A stretch of 16,514 nucleotides of DNA from Bugula neritina. Its lineage: Eukaryota; Animalia; Bryozoa. The notes under the pieces were generated by a model that was not told the origin of the DNA, did no database searches, and saw only the letters and a list, made by a program, of their open reading frames with translations. The stretch spans positions 1-16,514 of the forward strand of contig CAXIUT010000175.1 in NCBI GenBank assembly GCA_964035545.1, written 5' to 3'. Of this stretch, positions 10,348-16,514 are shown in pieces. The stretch's first letter is position 1, and every line of letters starts with the position of its first letter. Position numbers and translations under genes: made by a program.

Positions 10348-11636
10348 ATGGGTAATATATGTCCATGTCCATGTCCTAAAAGAAACAAAAAGAAAGATTA
10401 TCCGTATGATGTGCATGAATAGACCTTTTAGATCGATGAAAATATCCAGAATATTGGTTAAAGTTCACCCAATAGTGGAGTTTTAGATAATGATAACAAT
10501 ATTCTAACTGAAGATATAAAAAATTCAGGGGAATCTAATGATAGATAATCTTTCAATCAAGAAGAAGTTTCTATTCCGCAAGTATCAACTCATATACTTA
10601 ACATGAACGAAACCCAACAACTCTCCACATCTAACTAAGGTTTTGTAGAATAAAAAATCGAGAAAGCGTAGGTATAAAAATTGATAGAGGAACCTAAGGT
10701 TTAAGAGCCTAAGGTTTAAGAGCCTCCGAAAGTTCAAGTTAATATCTTGAAATCAAATATATTAAAGCCAAAAGCTCCAAAAAAGAAATATAATCCTGAT
10801 GATTATCAGTTCAAAAATTAAAATGGTTCATTCAAAGTAAAAAAAATAGACTCAATCAAATAGCAACAATATAATATCGATAATTGCAAAGATTGTTAAT
10901 TTTTTATCTTTGATGTAACAGCTAACCTCTATATCGATGATACTCAGGATTGTTTTATCTTTGTTGCTCCATGCTAGAGTACTATTTTTGTTAGAAATTG
11001 CAAAAATGTAGTTGTAGTAGCAGTTACTGGGCAATTTAGAACATACTAGTGCCATAGTTGTACTTTTTCTTTGATGTGTAAAAGTCAACCTGTTATTTAA
11101 AGTTCATCTAATTTGACTTTTAGTTCTTTTAGTTGTCCTGTCTATGAAGAATTTTTTAATCAATTTAAAGAAAAAATTTCAAATTATGGAATAATCATTG
11201 GTCTGAAATACATAATTTTACTAAAAAAGAAGGATAGAAACATTATGAATTAAAATAAAAAATTAATTTATCAGGAATCAACTGGAAAAAAGCCTATGAT
11301 GATGCTTAAATTTAAATACTATAAAAATAAAATCCTATTCCTCTCATCATGGGTGACCTGCCTTACTAACCCAAGAAGGAAGTCATCATTCTTATCAATA
11401 ATAACATATAAGACAATATAATAATAGGAGCTTTAAGATAAACTGTCATCCTAAAAGGATTTGAAGGGGTTGTTGCTGGTGAAGGAAAAGACATAAAGAA
11501 AATAGTTCTTATTGATGCTCTTGAAAAAAATCTTGAAGAATTTTAAGAACTAGGTATAGTGTATAGTGACCCTCAGTAGGTTGAAACCAATAAAGATAAA
11601 TGGTTCGTTTCTTTTAATGACTAAAAAGGGAAATGA
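10348..11636 (+). CDS. RP2: RP2/XRP2-like TBCC-domain protein (ARL3-GAP type) with N-terminal acylation motif
   Basis: MGNICPCPCP start, acidic linker, then TBCC domain QQYNIDNCKDC..IDD..FVRNCKN..GQFRTYEC..QPVIESS..NNHWSEIHNFT, with the QFR catalytic motif intact. One base appears missing in the A6 run at 11171-11176. TGA at 11634-11636. Confidence 0.88.
10687..10725 (+). repeat. 15-bp coding tandem repeat (EEPKV, ~2.6 copies) in the RP2 linker
   Basis: GAG GAA CCT AAG GTT / TAA GAG CCT AAG GTT / TAA GAG CCT; TAA occupies the position of GAG in the first copy. Confidence 0.85.
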
Positions 11637-11694
11637 TAAATGCATTAATCGATATTAATCATATTTATAAAGATGAATTTATTTATATCAATAT

Positions 11695-13630
11695 TCAACG
11701 TCTTGTAGAATTAAGTGAGTTCAATGTTTTAGTCATATACTTTTATGAACTTTTACGGTTAGTTGGTCTTGATAGATTAGAGTTGCGACTCCCAGAAGTA
11801 TTATATCTTTGAGAACTTGAATTCCTTACTACAACTCCTTCTCTGTTCTATTTAGATTCACTATTTGAAAATGATTCACTTGTTCCTCGATAATCATAGT
11901 AAAAATTTTTCATTTCCTTCTTGAATCGAAAAGTCTAATTTTTTTGCATCTTTTGTATTTCTTCAACTTCTTTTTTATTTTTATCGTCTACTCTATCAAG
12001 ATCTATCCTTCCCACTGAATCAAAGGTAATTGGAGGTACAACTTTCTTTTATAAAAAGTTTTTATATGCATTTTTACCAAACCAAGGATGCGCTAAAATC
12101 TATTTAATTCCATGTCTTGAACCTAAATAATAATAGTTATACCTAATCTATGTTTGCAATCTTTGCATAGTAAACTCTTTAGTAATGATTTACATTCAGA
12201 AGACAATGAAACCTCAGATGGGAACTCTAATTCTTCTGATAAAACTGCTTAGTAAATTTAGTTGGTATCTCTGCTGTAGAAAGGAGGAAGACAATAAGCA
12301 ATTCATATAAAAGAGCACCCATACAGTAGAAATCAACTGGAAAAGTATGTCCGACTCTGAATTATAAAATAGTTACTGAAGAATCATCTCAGGAGACATG
12401 TATTCAGGACTTCCACAAAAAGAATATGCTAGTTCACCTTCGTACATATCTGGCTTGGCTAGACCAAGGTCAGCTACTTTGACGTGTCCATCTTGACCAA
12501 GGAGGATGTTTTCAGGTTTGATATCTCGATAAACAACATTATTTTGATGAAGGTATGATAGGCCGAGAAAGATCTAAATGATATAAAATCTTGAGATATC
12601 TTCACTTAGTCTTTTATATTTTTTGATCAGGCCAAACAATTCGCCTCCAGCACAATATTCTACAACGAATATTAAAGATTTCGAAGTTTCAAAAGCAAAT
12701 TTCATGTCGATAAGGAAAGGATGCTTCGATGTCTTCATGATATTTCTTTAGTTCATTATGATATTTTTTTTCTTATTCTTGACAATAACTTCTTTATCAA
12801 TAACTTTCATGGCATAGAATTGTCCATCTTTTTTAAATCTACATAAGTATACTTGGGGTTGGGGTTGGGGTTGGGGTTGGGGTTGGGGTTGGGGTTGGGG
12901 TTGGGGTTGGGTTGGGGTTGGGGTTGGGGTTGGGATCTTTATAAGCTGCCTTGAGATATAAAGATTGGCCATTAAGGAACTGTCCTGAGAGGTTTGATTG
13001 AGTCAGAAGATAATCGAGGGTGATTTGAACTGGTACGGCTCGATAGTAGATGATTCTAGGATATTATTTTTTGAGAGAACTCAATATATCTCCAATATTT
13101 ACCACTTCTACATAGTGTTCAATTTAATCGTTGCCATCGATGATGATTACTTTACAGTTTTTACCTTATTCATGTTTTTTTCTTTCTTATTTAAGTTTGC
13201 TTTATTTTTGTTGATGACTGGAGAGAAGACTGGAGATGATAGTAGATTTTTATGTGTTTTTACCTAATTTAGAAGTCGAACTATATAGTTTATTTTTTCC
13301 TAATTTTGAGTTTCGAGCAGTATTGAAATCTATTTTAGAAATGGAGTTTTATTTTCTTTTTATATTTTTTCTATCAGAAAGTAGCTATTGTGCATAGGAA
13401 GGATTTTTATTTTTAGATAGATTAATTTTAAGTTATTTACTGAGATATCGTGATGAACTATGATATTTTCTAGATGATTCTTCTTTGAGATTTTTATTAG
13501 ATTGGTCTCGTTTGATAGGCAATTCATTCAAATACACTTTTCTGGTTATTTATGTTCCAGGTTTGGTCTTTGAGAAAAGATTTTTATAAGGAGAAGGAGA
13601 AGTATTGATCTCTTTAGGGTTTCGAATCAT
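11695..13630 (-). CDS. AGC-family Ser/Thr kinase (PKB/SGK/S6K-like), interrupted in this sequence by a telomeric array
   Basis: Motifs YAMK, IMNERNIM, HPFL, YCAGGELF, YRDIKPEN, DLG, SFCGSPEYMSPE, VDFYCMGALLYE, LPPFY, HPWF. Introns at 12357-12376 and 12123-12142. The N-terminal frame from ATG 13630 is open to 12935. The Gly-rich loop is absent and one G appears missing at ~12292. Confidence 0.88.
12853..12934. repeat. Internal telomeric array (TTGGGG)n, 82 bp, right-end orientation, inside the kinase gene
   Basis: Directly visible; one TTGGG variant unit at ~12907-12911. Confidence 0.95.
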
Positions 13631-13799
13631 TTCTAAAATGAATAGAAATTAGATTTATATAAAATTAGTAATTTAAATATCGGACTATATCATACTATAC
13701 TAATTAATATTGATTTTTATCTTTAATCAATCGTCTTATTCACATTTTCTATTATTGATATTATCTAAATTTATTATTTGTAATAAAGAGTATTGATGA

Positions 13800-13897
13800 G
13801 GGTTGGGGTTGGGGTTGGGGTTGGGTTGGGGTTGGGGTTTGGGTTGGGTTGGGGTTGGGGTTGGGGTTGGGGTTGGGGTTGGGGTTGGGGTTGGGTT
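13800..13897. repeat. Internal telomeric array (GGGGTT)n, ~98 bp, right-end orientation, intergenic
   Basis: Directly visible; includes TTGGG and TTTGGG variants; ~170 bp upstream of the kinase ATG. Confidence 0.95.
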
Positions 13898-14356
13898 TTT
13901 AACAATTATATGCTTATAAGAATAATATGATCATATTGTACATATGAATAATATACTAAAATTAATATGATATTTAAATTGAATTATAATTAAAAATATT
14001 TTATGATTTTGGAGTGTTTTTATTTATTAAATTTCAATTCGGTTTTCATCGAAAAACTAAAAGAAATATATATAAATTCATCCCAGATTCTTATTGACCG
14101 AATTCTGATGGAATAATCAAATGTTGATTTCTTATTTATTTAAAGCATATGAAAAGTAATATTAATAATGACGTTTCAAAAAACACTGTTTTTTTGAAGA
14201 AAAAAAGTTGTTTTACTCCTAATACTTTAATTTATAATTTTAATAGCATTTTGAAGAAGATAGATGTTAGACCTTTTATTTATCGATCTAAGATTTCGAA
14301 TTTGTTGAGGAAATGATTAATTAAAAAAGAAGTAACAAAAGTAAGGATATTATATA

Positions 14357-14847
14357 TCAATAGTGGTAACTATCTTCTGATAGATCCTAGATTTCTAGTT
14401 CTGGATCTCCCTGAGTTTCCTGAGTAGGCTTCCTCAAGATCGAGTTAACATATTTAGGGATTTATTTCTTTTATTTTTTGATTTTTTGATGAATTTTCTG
14501 AAGATCTTATAGGTAAATTTTATTTGGAAGACCCCTTATGAATACTGGTAAGAATTTTTTTCCCATTATCAGGAGTTAATGTTATAATTATAAAGGTAAA
14601 ATTAGAAAACTCCTTTAATACTGATTTCTTTTTTTTTTATTGATCTATTCGTTCAAGTTATTGGAATTAGCTTTATCTTACTAATAAAGAAAAAAATATT
14701 TTAAACTTATTATATTCTCTTATATGTAAGATCAGTAAAATAGCTTAGGATTTTTTTAATGACTTAGAGAATTACAAGATGTTAAATAAGTAGATATTTT
14801 CAAAGATTAATATCAAATGAGTTAAAATATTTGATAAAATATTACAT
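14357..14847 (-). CDS. Possible hypothetical protein or pseudogene
   Basis: Protein-like frame EDKANSNNLNEEIN..MGKKFLPVFIRGLPNKIYLEDLQKIHQKIKK..DPELEIEDLSEDSYHY-TGA. Joining it to ATG 14847 needs a 26-nt intron (14681-14706) and passes an in-frame TGA at 14800-14802. No family recognised. Confidence 0.3.
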
Positions 14848-14888
14848 TTTAAAAAGAATAAGTCATTAATGAAGACTATATCATCATT

Positions 14889-16323
14889 TCAGTTGACCTA
14901 ATCTTGGAAACATTCAAAGATAAGTTCTCCTTGCTCATTTTCATACTATCTAATTCTATCTTCTGTATCAACTTCATCTTCCTTGTTATGAAACATATGA
15001 TTGCAGAGATCCAACACAGTTCGCTTATCCATTTCTGCAGCTTATCCATCTAAATTTATATAAAAAAATACCTTCGTTATAAGTATGTTCGTAAAAATCA
15101 ACAAACTCTTTGATTCTTCTTTCGAGATGAGTCTCATCTAATTGCTTTTTGAATCTCTATCTACAAAGGTAAGATAAAGTAATCAACAAATGCATAAGGA
15201 CACTGACTTATAGCTTTTCAGGAGGTTCCTTTATGACCTTAAGAGTAGAATCAATAATAAGGTTAACCTGTTCTGGCTTTTTAGATAAGGCTTCTTGGCA
15301 CCACTTGGAATGAACTATGTTAGCAAGCATAGCTGTAGCAAAATCAAGACAAAACATGTGTATTTTAGTGTTAAGGCTCTTTTTAACAAGAAGTAAAACC
15401 CATGATATCATATCATTCTCCCAATAGGCTTTTATTGTACTTTATTTAACACTACATTTTTGTAGTATAGCCAAACAGAAACGTTGAGTAACACTACTAT
15501 TATCTTGTTCTTTAAGAATCTAAATATCAATAAATATACTTTGATTATTTTATCAAGGATAGTGGTATCACTACCTCCAGCTGTCAAATATTAGATTCCT
15601 CTGAGAGTCGAGACAATAACTGAAATAAGAGATGTGACAGCATGTCGTAGTGATTTATTTCTGATGTTTAGGATATCCATTAAGAAATCAAAGCTATCAT
15701 TTTGAGTTATTTTAAAAATATCTCTTCTAATTAACTATTAGACCAGACTTTTTCTAAGTTAAGGAGCTATTTGTAAAGCATTCACTCTTAATGATAGTAA
15801 TATTTCAATGATTCCTTCATTGTTTTTTTAAGCGAAATGTTGTTCTAATTTACCTTTATGTTCTTTGATAACTGATTAGCTTATAAGTTAACTTCCCTAA
15901 ACTCTTCCTTAATTGATGATCACTTTATGGTTTTTTCCAAGTTGAATTTTGAAGTTTTAGATATTTTAGTTCTGGGATTCATATTTATTGGTTCCTTCTT
16001 TGATATTATGAATTATTTGTAGCAAATTTATTGAAACAGAAAATATTTGTCGACCAGCTTGTAACACCTCCTGGTATTTTTTGATTTTTACCTGTTCTAT
16101 TTTTCAAGTTGTATCTCATTTTTACTTTTATTTGCTGAACAACGTAGTATTTGGTCCAATTTCGTCTAATTTGTTTTAACTCTTTTGATTGTATTCTATC
16201 TAGAAAATACCTTACTTTTCGCTTAAGTTCTTCTTCAAGAATCTCTAGTGAACCGTTCAATTAGAAGTACTTCAGATACTCCCGAATGTAGTCAAAAACC
16301 TCTTGTTGTTAAGGCTATGTCAT
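14889..16323 (-). CDS. ARMC9: ARMC9-like LisH/armadillo-repeat ciliary protein
   Basis: N-terminal LisH EVFDYIREYLKYFELNGSLEILEEE; ARM region RHAVTSLISVIVSTLRGIEYL, SVTQRFCLAILQKCSV, LDFATAMLANI; ends LIFECFQDEVN-TGA. Introns at 16196-16215, 15520-15539 and 15050-15071; one ambiguous frame change near 16077-16125. Confidence 0.75.
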
Positions 16324-16422
16324 AATTTAAATTTTCAATTTAATTAATAGTTACAATATCAATCATTTAATATAAAACGTTGAATAGAGATCAACATAAA
16401 AATATCTAAATATATCTGTATA

Positions 16423-16514
16423 GGGGTTGGGGTTGGGGTTGGGGTTGGGGTTGGGGTTGGGGTTGGGGTTGGGGTTGGGGTTGGGGTTGGGGTTGGGGTT
16501 GGGGTTGGGGTTGG
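16423..16514. repeat. Right telomere, (GGGGTT)n
   Basis: Perfect G4T2 array running to the last base. Confidence 0.97.

Noticed and set aside
12748-12972. PTPT/PQPQ repeat protein in the ORF track
   Set aside because: It is translated telomere repeat joined to kinase subdomains I-III; its ATG is out of frame with the long N-terminal kinase frame.
196-16323. Standard ciliate code (UAR=Gln) or the split UAA=Lys/UAG=Glu code
   Set aside because: Both TAA and TAG independently occupy conserved Glu positions in several unrelated proteins.
1-16514. CRISPR arrays, transposons, tRNA, rRNA or telomerase RNA
   Set aside because: The repeats are spacerless telomeric hexamers; no transposase, cloverleaf, rRNA or template-bearing RNA fold was seen.

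Overview
The window appears to be a complete, telomere-to-telomere ciliate macronuclear chromosome of about 16.5 kb, with (CCCCAA)n on the left and (GGGGTT)n on the right. The supplied ORF track is mostly misleading because TAA and TAG are sense codons here. Both fall repeatedly on conserved glutamates, and TGA is the only stop. This is the peritrich nuclear code (table 30), not the Gln code of Tetrahymena/Paramecium. Hand translation gives 12 tightly packed genes: centrin-like EF-hand protein, SHQ1, RpiB-like isomerase, ankyrin protein, Vps51/COG1-like protein, tesmin/CXC protein, a small unknown protein, EEF1AKMT4/METTL13-like methyltransferase, NME7, RP2/TBCC, an AGC kinase and ARMC9. There is also one doubtful ORF. 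Introns are tiny (mode 20 nt) and several intergenic spacers are only 24-69 bp. Two internal telomeric arrays are present, one replacing the kinase Gly-rich loop. A candidate box H/ACA snoRNA lies at about 7996-8125 (-). Several genes carry apparent single-base deletions in homopolymers, most likely consensus errors. All calls come from manual translation and motif recall; no searches were run.
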